Part shown: positions 19,486-29,598 of the stretch, one piece after another
Layout of the letters: every line of letters starts with the position of its first letter
Numbering within the stretch: position 1 is the stretch's first letter
Assembly: GCA_963720465.1 (NCBI GenBank)
Contig: OY970393.1
Span: forward strand, 2,176,001-2,240,000
Direction of reading: 5' to 3'
DNA length: 64,000 nucleotides
DNA from: Methanobacteriota archaeon
GTDB taxonomy: Archaea > Halobacteriota > Bog-38 > Methanoflorentales > Methanoflorentaceae
Program-made: the position numbers and the translations under genes
Notes under the pieces: model-generated
The model's database searches: none
Told to the model about the DNA's origin: nothing
Seen by the model: only the letters and a program-made list of their open reading frames with translations

Positions 19486-20319
19486 AAATTTCCGACAGTT
19501 GCGCAAGTACGGATCATAAAGTGTCATATCCCTGTGGACGAGACTTGTCTTGCACACGCTGGACAATCCTTAATGCGGTACGGGCGTTCTCCCTGTTGTG
19601 GGACCGCCGCGCCAAGCGGAGTGCAATCTATACTTCAAGCACCAAAAGCGCGCGGGAGTTAAGCTGGGAATCTTAGAGGAGCGGCACCATAGATGCCGAC
19701 TGCCCTAAATTTTTTTAAGGAATCAACTTCGTAGCAAAGAATCTCTCACGGGGGCGCGTTCGAAACAACGCCTGCTTTTGGTTGAACAGCACGCGAAAAC
19801 CGTGTTTTGGGATTCAACAACGCAATTAAAGTTGCGAATTCCTCTCGCATCGACAACTTGTGAAAAAAAAGACTGAGGCGGCCAGACTCTCCGCCAGATG
19901 CATTTCAAGCAGAATTGAGATCCAGTGTGACCTGCGCGAGAGCATGTTGACCGACGTCAAAATGCAAGTCGTTTCTGAGTGTTTCTTTGATGCATTCTAG
20001 GCAGCAGTGTTGAAAATCTTCTAACAACAGAAATGCTCTGGACCCGCCTGAAGCCGGATCGACTTGTCTTAAAGCCGCTCATTTGACAAAAAAAGCCAAA
20101 TGCAGCGCCTGCTACCGAGAAACGATAAAATTTAGCGCGAGTATGATTGCTGCTGAGAGGATGCACGCGATGAGGATTGAGCGAGGGTTGACATGTATGG
20201 CGTTCTTGTCTTCTGATTCATAGTATCTCACCAAACCAGCGCTCGACATAGGTCCCGCTGTTTTGCGCTTCCCTTTCGGCATAGTTTCAAATACAGTTTG
20301 CTATGATTTATACGTTGCT

Positions 20320-21420
20320 ATGGACTACGTCGTCGGTGGACGGATTCTAAACGGCAGCGATTTTGATGTGATTACGGGCTACGTCCACGTGGAATCAGGC
20401 AGAATCGCCGAAATAGAAGAACGGTCAAATGTTAAGCCAGATACCTGCAGGGCAAGCGGAATCATCATGCCCGCTTTGATCAACGCGCATACCCATCTTG
20501 GAGATTCTATAATCAAGGACGTACCTTTCAGTAGCTTAGATAGGCTCGTAAAACCTCCTCACGGGTTGAAGCACCGCGCACTCCGCGACACAGCACCGAA
20601 AGTCTTGATCGAGGCGATGCGGAAGTCACTGCTAGACGCTCTCGCGACTGGGACGACCATGCTTGCCGATTTTAGGGAGGGCGGTGTCGTCGGCGCTAAC
20701 GCGCTGAAAACTGCAATCGATTCAGTAAAAAAAGTGCAAGTGATGATTCTTGGTCGGCCAAGTAACGGACGAGATTATATAGTAGAAGATGAAATTGATA
20801 CCATTCTTGATGTCGCGCACGGCCTTGGGGTAAGCGGAAGTCGCGATGTCAGCAGTTCATCGCTCAGGGCGATGATCGACAAGGCACGAACACGCGGCAA
20901 GTTTGTTGCCATGCACGCAGGCGAAAAAGATGACTCTGATATTGATGCTGCGATCGCTTTGAATCCCGATTGTCTCATTCATATGACCTACGCATCAAAG
21001 CACCAGATTGAAAACGGCACTCCCATTGTGGTGTGTCCTCGGTCGAACCTGGTAACTGGCGTCGGATCGTCTTTTATGCACCCATCAATAGCTCAAATGT
21101 TACAGACGACCACCGTTGGGCTCGGCACGGACAACGTGATGCTCAACTCACTAAACATGTTTGCAGAAATGGAGTTCACCTCAAAAGCGTTTTTGCGCGA
21201 CGACCGCAAAGTGCTCGAAATGGCAACGCTAAACAATGCTAGGATAATGGGGATTGCTGACGAAATCGGCTCTATTGATCTTGGCAAGAAAGCCAATCTC
21301 CTAGTTATCAACGACCGATCAAACAACCTCTTTGGGACGAAGAACATTATAAGTAGCGTGGTCAGAAGGGCTCGGCCCGATGACATCGCTCTTCTCACTC
21401 ACGGAGGGCGAGGCGCTTGA
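20320..21420 (+). CDS. Metal-dependent amidohydrolase (SsnA/deaminase-like)
   Basis: PALINAHTHLGD, HAGE, IHM, CPRSN, LGTDN; start set at MDYVVGG. Confidence 0.9.
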   Translation: MDYVVGGRILNGSDFDVITGYVHVESGRIAEIEERSNVKPDTCRASGIIMPALINAHTHLGDSIIKDVPFSSLDRLVKPPHGLKHRALRDTAPKVLIEAMRKSLLDALATGTTMLADFREGGVVGANALKTAIDSVKKVQVMILGRPSNGRDYIVEDEIDTILDVAHGLGVSGSRDVSSSSLRAMIDKARTRGKFVAMHAGEKDDSDIDAAIALNPDCLIHMTYASKHQIENGTPIVVCPRSNLVTGVGSSFMHPSIAQMLQTTTVGLGTDNVMLNSLNMFAEMEFTSKAFLRDDRKVLEMATLNNARIMGIADEIGSIDLGKKANLLVINDRSNNLFGTKNIISSVVRRARPDDIALLTHGGRGA

Positions 21421-21587
21421 GCGTGAGCTTCGACAACTGGAGCCTGCGAGGCTTCGCGGCCAGCAGGCAACGCACACACACTCAGATTGGTCGGCGCTAC
21501 AAATGGGTATTTATGCTACCGATTTCAAAGCTATGCCCTCGCGGCTGCGACCCGTCGGTGCTAGGTCGTGGGTAAAGAGGCTCAACG

Positions 21588-22424
21588 ATGATAAAAGTCG
21601 AAGATGTGATGACGAGGGACGTCGTCTTCGCTGAGGTTCCAGGATCGCGAGATACGGCCCTCAAAATCATGAAGGACAGAGGGGTAACAAGCGTCCCCGT
21701 TGTGAAGAATCACAAGCTCGTAGGAATAGTCACGCGGGGAGACATATTTCGAAACCCTGAGGAGGACCAAATAGCACTTCTCATGACGAGACAGCCCGTT
21801 TTCGTGTCTCCGAATGCGACCATCAACGATGCTGCTCATATTCTCGTAGAAAATACCATCAGGCGGATGCCAGTTGTGGATGACTCGGAACTCGTCGGCT
21901 TCATTACGGTAACCGATATCGTAAGCGCCATAGCGGATATGGATATTGGGATACCTGTTGATGACTATATCATTCGCGAAATAGTCGCAGTTTGGGAAAT
22001 GACGCCGGTGGATGTTGTAGGCGAAATCATGAAACTCGCAAATGCTGACGCGAGCCCTGTGCTTGATTCGACAAACAAGGTTGTTGGCATCGTTACAGAA
22101 AGTGCCCTTTTGAAAGCCAGCAAAATTGAAGACACAACAGAGAAAGCGGATCTATCCGCCGGCTCAGATGAGGACGCGTGGACCTGGGAAGCGGTCAGGG
22201 ATACGATGAGCCTGTACTATGGTGTTTCCAGAGTAGAGCTTCCGAGCGTGCCCGTAAAGGACATAATGATGGCCGAATACGAATCAATTTATCACAAAAC
22301 AGGAATAAGCGAATGCGCGAGACAAATGCGGCGTTTCGACGTTGAGCTTTTGCCCGTCGTCACCGCAGAGGAAAAACTTCAAGGGATCATAAAGGATTCA
22401 GACCTCGTCAAAGTCTTGCTTTAA
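21588..22424 (+). CDS. CBS-domain protein (4 CBS)
   Basis: Repeated VPVV..LVGIVT..D motifs; WTWE insert typical of this euryarchaeal family. Confidence 0.92.
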   Translation: MIKVEDVMTRDVVFAEVPGSRDTALKIMKDRGVTSVPVVKNHKLVGIVTRGDIFRNPEEDQIALLMTRQPVFVSPNATINDAAHILVENTIRRMPVVDDSELVGFITVTDIVSAIADMDIGIPVDDYIIREIVAVWEMTPVDVVGEIMKLANADASPVLDSTNKVVGIVTESALLKASKIEDTTEKADLSAGSDEDAWTWEAVRDTMSLYYGVSRVELPSVPVKDIMMAEYESIYHKTGISECARQMRRFDVELLPVVTAEEKLQGIIKDSDLVKVLL

Positions 22425-22611
22425 GCGCGTGCAGTCAACCGCGGCTTATAAAACTTAGGTCTTTGAACGGCAATAACGCCGCCGACGTGGCTTTTTTTAG
22501 ATACTGGCTTTCGCCTCGGTCGTTGTGATTCCGCGCGACGGCGCCTGCCATACACAATCATTAAGTCCTCGGAACAGAACGTACACACAAAGGAGAAGGC
22601 TGATTCAAGAT

Positions 22612-23670
22612 ATGCGTCGATTCGCATTGCTGGCACTGTCACTGAGTTGGGCATTTATTGCGCTCGTCACATTTTCACCGCTGGCAGAAGCGACAGTGTT
22701 CATCCCACACCAATCAACTGTCGCACAGCTAGATACAGGCGGAAACATTTTCGACCAAATTGACAGCTTATACAACAACTTCACAAAGCGATTAGACGAC
22801 ATCAATCCGTTAGCGCCGCAACAAGCAGCGGCGCCGTCTGTCAAAATCGCCGAGGTCAAAACTGTTACTACTGGACAGTCTGCTGTGACGCCACAAGTTA
22901 TCGTTACGCTACAAAACGGGAAAGTCGCTCTCGATGGGGTCCGAGTTGACGTCGTTTATAAGAACACGGCGGGCGAAAACGTCACTTCAGACAGCACCGT
23001 GGTAGCGTTAAAGGTAGACGAAACGCGTTCCGTAACGTTCACGCCAACGGGTTTGCCAGCAGGCAGTTATGTAATCGGTGTCGTCGTTTATAAGAACGGC
23101 ACCGATCCATCAAATCAGGCCACACCCCCTTATGACACAGAGCAAAACGCGGCAACGCTCGCAATCGCAAGCCCCACCCCTAGTACTGCAGCAGCAGGAA
23201 AAGCAGGAGATCCCGGGAGTCAGGCGAATAACGCTGGCGATGTTTTAACCCAGCTCAATACCTGGATATATTTTGTAATCGCAATTACAGCGCTCATAAC
23301 CATCGCGCTCTTTTTTGTCTTCTCGCAAAACAGGTCGGGAGAAGACCGCTACGAGGAAGATCATTTCAGGAGAGAAGGCTACCCGGCTGGAGGTAGCGGC
23401 GTGTCTGACCTGCCTGCAGTGAGTAAGTCACCGTCAGCAGACCGCCCACGCGATAGTGCGTCCGACTCAGTCTTTGGACGACAGCCATCAAGAAGGATAG
23501 AAGTGGACGCATCTGAAGTGGCGCCTGAAGAACCGCGAAGAACCACAGCGAAAAATTCTTCTCGTTCAACCGAGGACGTGCCGCACTTCGATGCCGATGG
23601 GTTTGTTGTCGGCGATGTGACGTCGAAAAAGGCGCTCAGGAACAAGATACGAGGAAAGAGAGGCGCTTAG
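22612..23670 (+). CDS. Exported single-pass membrane protein with an Ig-like domain and a disordered cytoplasmic tail
   Basis: Signal peptide MRRFALLALS..AEA, beta-rich middle, TM WIYFVIAITALITIALFFVF, charged low-complexity C-terminus. Confidence 0.8.
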   Translation: MRRFALLALSLSWAFIALVTFSPLAEATVFIPHQSTVAQLDTGGNIFDQIDSLYNNFTKRLDDINPLAPQQAAAPSVKIAEVKTVTTGQSAVTPQVIVTLQNGKVALDGVRVDVVYKNTAGENVTSDSTVVALKVDETRSVTFTPTGLPAGSYVIGVVVYKNGTDPSNQATPPYDTEQNAATLAIASPTPSTAAAGKAGDPGSQANNAGDVLTQLNTWIYFVIAITALITIALFFVFSQNRSGEDRYEEDHFRREGYPAGGSGVSDLPAVSKSPSADRPRDSASDSVFGRQPSRRIEVDASEVAPEEPRRTTAKNSSRSTEDVPHFDADGFVVGDVTSKKALRNKIRGKRGA

Positions 23671-23726
23671 CCACTGTCGTTCAGCTGAATTGTTTCCAGC
23701 GGATTGCACGCTGTAGCGCGAAAGCG

Positions 23727-24737
23727 CTACCCCCATAGTGTACCTGTATCGAGGTTCTGTCGAACGGTTTCTTTTATCAAGCTGATTTTGCTGCTGTCTG
23801 ATGGGTCAATGCGCGCTGTAAGTCTCTCGACGCGTTCAGCTGCCGTAAGCGTATCTAAGTGAACCAGGATCACGCTCACGCCGAGTTCTTGTGCTCGCGC
23901 GATCACGTGATTGGCGGGATATAGTCCTCCAGTTAGCACAAGGCACGACGTCGACGTCGACAACGCGGCAAGCTGCAAATCGGCTCTGTCACCTCCAGTG
24001 ATCACCGCCTTCGCGGGAACCCGTCTGAAGTACTTGAGGGCAGATTCAGGCGTCATGGCCCCGATCAGGACCTTCTCGATGAGGCGGTCTTCCCCCTCGA
24101 CTATGACTTCTCCTCCAAGTTCTTCGGCTATCTCGTAGGCGTGGAGAGCTTTCAACTCCTTTAGGAACGGGATAGACCCGACAATTTTTATTCCGCGTTT
24201 AATCATGTAATTTTCGAATCCAGGATCTTGTGATTGATTCAATACAACGCCTTTGAGCCTGACCTTGAGCTTTTCGAGAAGAAGTTTGGTCATTGCTACC
24301 TTATCGAGCGAGTAAATGTCGGTCACGAGTAAGATCTCGGTGTCGAGTTTTCGAGCAAGCTGAATGCTTGAAACGTCGTGAATGAACCCTGTGCTAATAT
24401 CTTTCGTCCCCTCGATCAAGACCGCCTGTTTGTCGCTGCAAATGCGGTTTAAGCCGCAGATGATGTCCTCAGCTTTAATGCCTTTAAATAGATTGTAGGT
24501 AAAAGGCGAAAGCAACGACTCCTCCTCCAAGTTGAGGACGTTCCTCATCAGATACGCGTCCTCCTCGACCAAATTTCCGTCAATTGCGATGAGATTCTCG
24601 CGAATAGGCTTATAGAACCCCAGTACTCCTGTAAAGTTTAAAGCGAGGCCTAAAGCGATTATAGTTTTGCCACTACGTTCAGATACTGAACTTATGACAA
24701 GTGTCGGAACATCGCACTTAGATTCCAAGTGGTCCAC
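23727..24737 (-). CDS. Phosphotransacetylase N-terminal-like (BioD-like plus DRTGG) protein
   Basis: SGKT P-loop, YKP, IGAM, ITGGDRADL, LVLTGG. Confidence 0.9.
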   Translation of the reverse strand: MDHLESKCDVPTLVISSVSERSGKTIIALGLALNFTGVLGFYKPIRENLIAIDGNLVEEDAYLMRNVLNLEEESLLSPFTYNLFKGIKAEDIICGLNRICSDKQAVLIEGTKDISTGFIHDVSSIQLARKLDTEILLVTDIYSLDKVAMTKLLLEKLKVRLKGVVLNQSQDPGFENYMIKRGIKIVGSIPFLKELKALHAYEIAEELGGEVIVEGEDRLIEKVLIGAMTPESALKYFRRVPAKAVITGGDRADLQLAALSTSTSCLVLTGGLYPANHVIARAQELGVSVILVHLDTLTAAERVERLTARIDPSDSSKISLIKETVRQNLDTGTLWG

Positions 24738-24763
24738 CTCTGAATTTTTTTCGGTTAATACTA

Positions 24764-26839
24764 CTATCTCCCGCTTATCACGACGAGCGCGTCCACCGCA
24801 ATGCAGCCATCTTCTTGAACCATCAGCGGGTTAATCTCTATTTCTTGGATCTCTTCAAAGTCCTGACTAATTTGGCTGACCCTCACGATCGTATCGGCCA
24901 CCGCGTCGATGTCGAGGGCCTTTCTGCCGCGCGTGCCCAGCAGAATCGGGTATGATTTGACTTCCGCGATCATGTGTTTTGCTTCGGCGACGGTTATTGG
25001 CGCCAACCTATGCGACACATCTTTTAGTACTTCCACGTACAAGCCTCCTAAACCGAAGGTGATAAAGGGTCCGAATTGGGGATCGCAAGTCACCCCAACG
25101 ATTACCTCTTCGCCCTGCACCATCTCTTGGATTATCACCCCTCCGATTCGCGCCTGGGGCATGCGCTTGTTGACGTTGGCATATATTTGATCAAAAGCGT
25201 TTTTAGCCGCCCTGTCGTTGCTTACGCCCGTGATGACCCCCCCTACGTCGGTCTTGTGGGCAATGTCTGGCGAGCTTACCTTCATGACGACGGGATATCC
25301 GATCTCTCGTGCCGCTTGGATGACGTTGTCCCGCCTAGTAACGACTATATCTCTAGGGGCTTTGATCCCGTAAGCTCGCAGCACGTCTTTCCCTTCTTCT
25401 TCTGTCAAAGCTGTTCGTCCCTCAGACCGAACTCCTTCAATGCGTAGAAATGCTGCGCGATTATGCGCGCGTGTTAGCTGCGTCGATGTGCTCTCTGAGG
25501 ACGTCGCAATCCCCCTGAACTTTATGAGGTTACTGGCCGCCCTAACTGCGGTTTCCGGACTGTTGAAGTTCGCCGTTCTGCCGTGTTTTAGCTTTTCGCG
25601 CGCTGCGCTCAGCTCCTTTCCTCCGATGAATGAGGTTATAATGGGTTTGCTTGCGTGCAACGACAGCCTGTTGATCAGGTTGGCAGTCTCTTCAGGTTCC
25701 GTCATGGCTTGTGGGGTAAGAAGCAAGATAACTGCGCCGACATTTTGATCGGCCAATATGATCTCGAGCGTCTGCAAATATCGATGCGGCTTTGCATCCC
25801 CGAGAATGTCAATCGGATTGTAGATATTGCTCTCTTGAGGTAGTGCTTTTCGCAGTGCTTCTATTGTCTCATTCGTGAGGTTCGCCAGCGGCACGCCGCA
25901 CTCGGCGCTGGCGTCGCTCGCGAGTACGCCCGGCCCCCCTCCATTCGTTATGATAACTATGCCGGGACTTTTCGGAATCGGGCAGCGCGAGAAGGCTTTC
26001 GCGGCGTCGAAGAATTCGTCAGTCGAATTCACTCGTAGAATCCCTGACTGTTTGAATGCTGCGTCATACGCGGCATCTGAGCCGGCGAGCGCGCCAGTGT
26101 GAGAGGAGGCTGCCTTGGCCCCCATATCGGTCCGACCGGCTTTGAGGGCAATAACAGGCTTGAGCCTCGAAACCTCTTTCGAGACCTGCATAAACTCGCG
26201 CCCATTATCGATACCCTCGACGTAGAGCGCAATAACGCGCGTCGAAGGATCGCGTGCGATGTAGTCCAAAAGCTCAGCCTCAGCTACATCGACCTTGTTT
26301 CCGACGCTCACGAATTTGTCAAAGCCAAGGCTTTCATTCGCCGCCCAGTCGAGAAACGATGTGCAAATTGCCCCACTTTGCGATATCAACGAAATGCCGC
26401 CTTTGATCGGATACTCGCTTGCGAAGGAAGCATTCAAGTGGGCGCCAGTGCTCATGACGCCCAAACAGTTGGGACCGACGATTCGAATCCCATATTTTTT
26501 GGATATCTCCCGAATTTGAGCCTCGAGCTTTGCGCCTTCTGCGCCAGATTCTCGAAATCCTGCTGATATAATTACTGATGCCTTTACGCCGACGCGCGCT
26601 GATTCTTCTAAAACAGCGGGGACGATTTTTGCTGGAACGACGATGACTGCGAGATCGACCTTCTTTGCCGTGTGAAAAGTTTTTAACCCTAAGATCTCAT
26701 CGGCGCTGGGGTTGATAGGAACAAGTTCTCCCTGGAAGTTGGCATCAAGGAGGTTCTTCAACACTGAATGTCCCACTTTGTCCTCTTCTCGTGCGGCTCC
26801 AATGACGGCTATCGATCGCGGATAAAAGAAGTCCTTCAT
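24764..26839 (-). CDS. Acetate/acyl-CoA ligase (ADP-forming), fused alpha-beta
   Basis: IAVIGA, GPNCLG, SQSG, ASSHTGALAG (phospho-His), NPIDILGDA, HKTDVGGV, EINPL; start set at MKDFFYP. Confidence 0.93.
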   Translation of the reverse strand: MKDFFYPRSIAVIGAAREEDKVGHSVLKNLLDANFQGELVPINPSADEILGLKTFHTAKKVDLAVIVVPAKIVPAVLEESARVGVKASVIISAGFRESGAEGAKLEAQIREISKKYGIRIVGPNCLGVMSTGAHLNASFASEYPIKGGISLISQSGAICTSFLDWAANESLGFDKFVSVGNKVDVAEAELLDYIARDPSTRVIALYVEGIDNGREFMQVSKEVSRLKPVIALKAGRTDMGAKAASSHTGALAGSDAAYDAAFKQSGILRVNSTDEFFDAAKAFSRCPIPKSPGIVIITNGGGPGVLASDASAECGVPLANLTNETIEALRKALPQESNIYNPIDILGDAKPHRYLQTLEIILADQNVGAVILLLTPQAMTEPEETANLINRLSLHASKPIITSFIGGKELSAAREKLKHGRTANFNSPETAVRAASNLIKFRGIATSSESTSTQLTRAHNRAAFLRIEGVRSEGRTALTEEEGKDVLRAYGIKAPRDIVVTRRDNVIQAAREIGYPVVMKVSSPDIAHKTDVGGVITGVSNDRAAKNAFDQIYANVNKRMPQARIGGVIIQEMVQGEEVIVGVTCDPQFGPFITFGLGGLYVEVLKDVSHRLAPITVAEAKHMIAEVKSYPILLGTRGRKALDIDAVADTIVRVSQISQDFEEIQEIEINPLMVQEDGCIAVDALVVISGR

Positions 26840-26950
26840 CTTATTCTTTTTAGCGTTCTCGAAAGTAATAAACATATCTCGTCGATTTAGCAATTGTACG
26901 GCTCTAGTTCTTGATTATAACGATTGTGCCGCATTAGGACACTCGAATGT

Positions 26951-26994
26951 TTTATATATGAACTTGCCGATAATGGTTGAGAAACTGTGGAGGT
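26951..26994 (+). promoter_or_regulatory. TATA box (TTTATATA 26951-26958) and Shine-Dalgarno (GGAGGT 26989-26994) of the PGF-CTERM gene
   Basis: Consensus sequences at appropriate spacing before ATG 27002. Confidence 0.65.
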
Positions 26995-27001
26995 AATCAA
27001 G

Positions 27002-27964
27002 ATGCCACGCTCGTCGAACAAAATGACATTACTATTGCTATCTTCGATCGCAGTCTTGCTGATGCTAAGCGCTGTTATAACCCCTACATCCGCAACGACT
27101 CAACTTCAACTTCAACCCACAACCATTACTTCAGGCGGCAGGGTCCTCGTGTCGGCGAACATGGCGCGAAACGGAAGCACGGTCACGCTGTATTATTACT
27201 ACGACAAAAATGGAAACGGCTTGGCCGACGACGCCGGTTCGTCGTGGATCAAAATAGCTAACGTCACCGACGGTGGGGCGAATGACGCTGACAACCATAC
27301 CAATGGTTACATACTGTTCTCGTGGTTGACTCCACAGCTCGCCCCTGGGCAGTACATCGTTAAGGTCTCGGATCCCTACGGACCCGACAAGGAGACCGAG
27401 TTGAGTGTTAACAACGCTCCGCTGAACATAGTTCCAACAGTTTACGGAGCACAAGGAACGTCCGCCAAAGGGCTCGTCAACACAGGGAACGCTTTCTCTG
27501 TCATTGCGATGGTAACGGGTAATTGTCGCCTTTGTCATCAGACTGATAATCCCACGGCTCAAAACCCCGGCGTCAACATTACAAGTGTAGAAAGTCTATT
27601 CTCAGCTAATTTGAGCCAAATCACGGGAAGTCCTACTGATGTCTCCCTTCAGCCCAACGAAGTGCATCACATGTATGTGGCTTGGACTGGAATCGCCAGC
27701 AAGACGCTTGCAAGTAACCAAACGCTTAGCATCACCGTAACAGGCACCAATCCGGCAGGTAACTTGATGACACAGGCGACAGCTTATGCCGGAGTCAACA
27801 AAGCGGTTAATATTGCGCCTACATCAACGAACAACCAGACTACGCAGAGTAGCGCCACAGGCCAACCAAGCAGTTCGAGCAGCAATCCCCTCCCGGGGTT
27901 TGAAATACCCATTGCCTTAGCCGGATTGATTTTGGTAGCATACCTGTTAAGCAGAAAGCGATAA
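27002..27964 (+). CDS. PGF-CTERM cell-surface protein with a single CXXCH motif
   Basis: Signal peptide; CRLCH at 27524-27538; Ser/Thr linker; C-terminal LPGFEIPIALAGLILVAYLLSRKR. Confidence 0.9.
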   Translation: MPRSSNKMTLLLLSSIAVLLMLSAVITPTSATTQLQLQPTTITSGGRVLVSANMARNGSTVTLYYYYDKNGNGLADDAGSSWIKIANVTDGGANDADNHTNGYILFSWLTPQLAPGQYIVKVSDPYGPDKETELSVNNAPLNIVPTVYGAQGTSAKGLVNTGNAFSVIAMVTGNCRLCHQTDNPTAQNPGVNITSVESLFSANLSQITGSPTDVSLQPNEVHHMYVAWTGIASKTLASNQTLSITVTGTNPAGNLMTQATAYAGVNKAVNIAPTSTNNQTTQSSATGQPSSSSSNPLPGFEIPIALAGLILVAYLLSRKR

Positions 27965-28054
27965 GCCTCGCGCCAACTGCAATAACGCCTCGCAATCGCC
28001 GCAATTTTGCCGTCGCACGGCGCGTTCGATTTCTCGCTACAACGGTCTATCAAG

Positions 28055-28648
28055 ATGAAACAGCGTCAGCTTGAAATCCTCCTCGAACGGGTGCAAGCGT
28101 TTGAATCCCCTTCTGCTGCGCGCGAGCAATACACTACTTCAGCGCCCATTGCCGCTCAGCTTCTTTATTTTGCCTACTTGCGAGGTGACATCGCCGGTCT
28201 GACAGTGGTGGATTTGGGCTGTGGGCCTGGCATCCTTGCCCTGGGCGCGGCGCTGCTGGGAGGCGTTGCGACAGGCGTCGATTCGGACGAGCGAGCACTT
28301 GACCTCGCTCGAACGAATGCGCAGCTACTCGGTGTGCATGTTTCTTGGCAAAATAGCCGCATAGAAGACTTTGAAGGTTCGTTCGACACGGTCGTGATGA
28401 ATCCACCGTTCGGAGCCCAGAAGCGGAGCAGTGATAGGCCGTTCTTAAGCAAGTCAGTACGTGTGGGCAAAGTCATCTACTTACTTCACAATTCCGTCGT
28501 AGATGGATTTGTAAGGCGATTTCTCGAGCCGAACCGCATTACTGACGCAATGAAGGTCAAACTGCCCATTGCACATACCTTTAAGTTTCATAAAGATGAA
28601 GTACGATACGTAGACGCTATAATTTATCGAATCGAACTCGTTCTTTGA
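28055..28648 (+). CDS. METTL5-family RNA m6A methyltransferase
   Basis: EQYTT, DLGCGPG, NPPFG, FKFH. Confidence 0.92.
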   Translation: MKQRQLEILLERVQAFESPSAAREQYTTSAPIAAQLLYFAYLRGDIAGLTVVDLGCGPGILALGAALLGGVATGVDSDERALDLARTNAQLLGVHVSWQNSRIEDFEGSFDTVVMNPPFGAQKRSSDRPFLSKSVRVGKVIYLLHNSVVDGFVRRFLEPNRITDAMKVKLPIAHTFKFHKDEVRYVDAIIYRIELVL

Positions 28649-28689
28649 ATCATTGTTCTTGAATCTAAGAAGGAAGGAAAGGATAAGAA

Positions 28690-29247
28690 ATGACGGATTT
28701 GGTTGTACCAGGGGACATTATAGGCGCTTCTGAAGAATACTTACCAGGCGACGGGACGTATGAGGAGAGAGGTAAGATATTCGCCGCCATAACGGGAAAA
28801 GTCGAAACTGATAAGAAAGACCGAACGGTACGAGTGCTACCCGTGATGGAGACCCCGCCAATGCTTAAGACGGGCGACATCGTGGTCGGCCGGGTCGTCG
28901 ATCTGAAGAATGCAGTCGTCCTCGTTGAGATTGCCAGAATAAAAGGCCACGAAAACCGCGAAATCGCAAATGCAGATCAAGGCGCTATTCATATTTCAAA
29001 CGTCAAGGACTCGTACGTCGCGAAGCTGGAAACTGAGTTTAGCCAGCAAGACATCATAAAGGCTAGGGTAATAGACGAAAAGAGCTTAAGATTGAGCACC
29101 GTTGAAAAAGATTTAGGTGTGATAAAAGCGTTCTGCTCGAGAGACCGCACGCCGCTTGTACGGAAGCAGAACAAGCTCGAATGTCCAAGCTGCGAGCGTA
29201 TCGAAACGCGAAAGATCTCGGAGGACTACGGAAAGGGAGTAATCTGA
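28690..29247 (+). CDS. csl4: Exosome RNA-binding protein Csl4
   Basis: VVPGD, S1 domain, C-terminal Zn ribbon CS..CPSC, ETRKIS. Confidence 0.95.
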   Translation: MTDLVVPGDIIGASEEYLPGDGTYEERGKIFAAITGKVETDKKDRTVRVLPVMETPPMLKTGDIVVGRVVDLKNAVVLVEIARIKGHENREIANADQGAIHISNVKDSYVAKLETEFSQQDIIKARVIDEKSLRLSTVEKDLGVIKAFCSRDRTPLVRKQNKLECPSCERIETRKISEDYGKGVI

Positions 29248-29295
29248 GGGATAACGACTCTTTGTTGTTTGACTGTTTTCAAAGATTTCTAGACA

Positions 29296-29580
29296 ATGAA
29301 CATCAAGATCATTCGCGTAACTAAGGACGAAGCTGAGATAGAATTTCTCGATGAGGGCCACACGTTCTTGAACGTCTTAAAATATTCGCTCCTTCAAGAT
29401 CCGCAGGTCGAAAGCGCTACGTACGACGTGAAGCACCCGATGATAAGCAATCCAATATTTTATATCAAAACGGAATCCAAGGATCCGTTAAAAGCGCTGC
29501 AGGATGCTTCATTGAGGCTAAAAGACGAGTTTGAAGCACTTTTGGGACTCATTAGGTTAAAAGCTGAAGCAATATCGTGA
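29296..29580 (+). CDS. rpoL: RNA polymerase subunit L (Rpo11)
   Basis: EGHTFLNVLK..L, ATYDVKHP. Confidence 0.95.
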   Translation: MNIKIIRVTKDEAEIEFLDEGHTFLNVLKYSLLQDPQVESATYDVKHPMISNPIFYIKTESKDPLKALQDASLRLKDEFEALLGLIRLKAEAIS

Positions 29581-29598
29581 GGGACTATCATCAGATCG

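Noticed and set aside
19748-19775. GTTCGAA hairpin as a tRNA fragment or att site
   Set aside because: It does not match the 3' end of any tRNA in the window and forms no cloverleaf
23727-26839. Acetate-CoA ligase plus DRTGG protein pair as a novel system
   Set aside because: This pairing is a commonly seen archaeal gene neighbourhood
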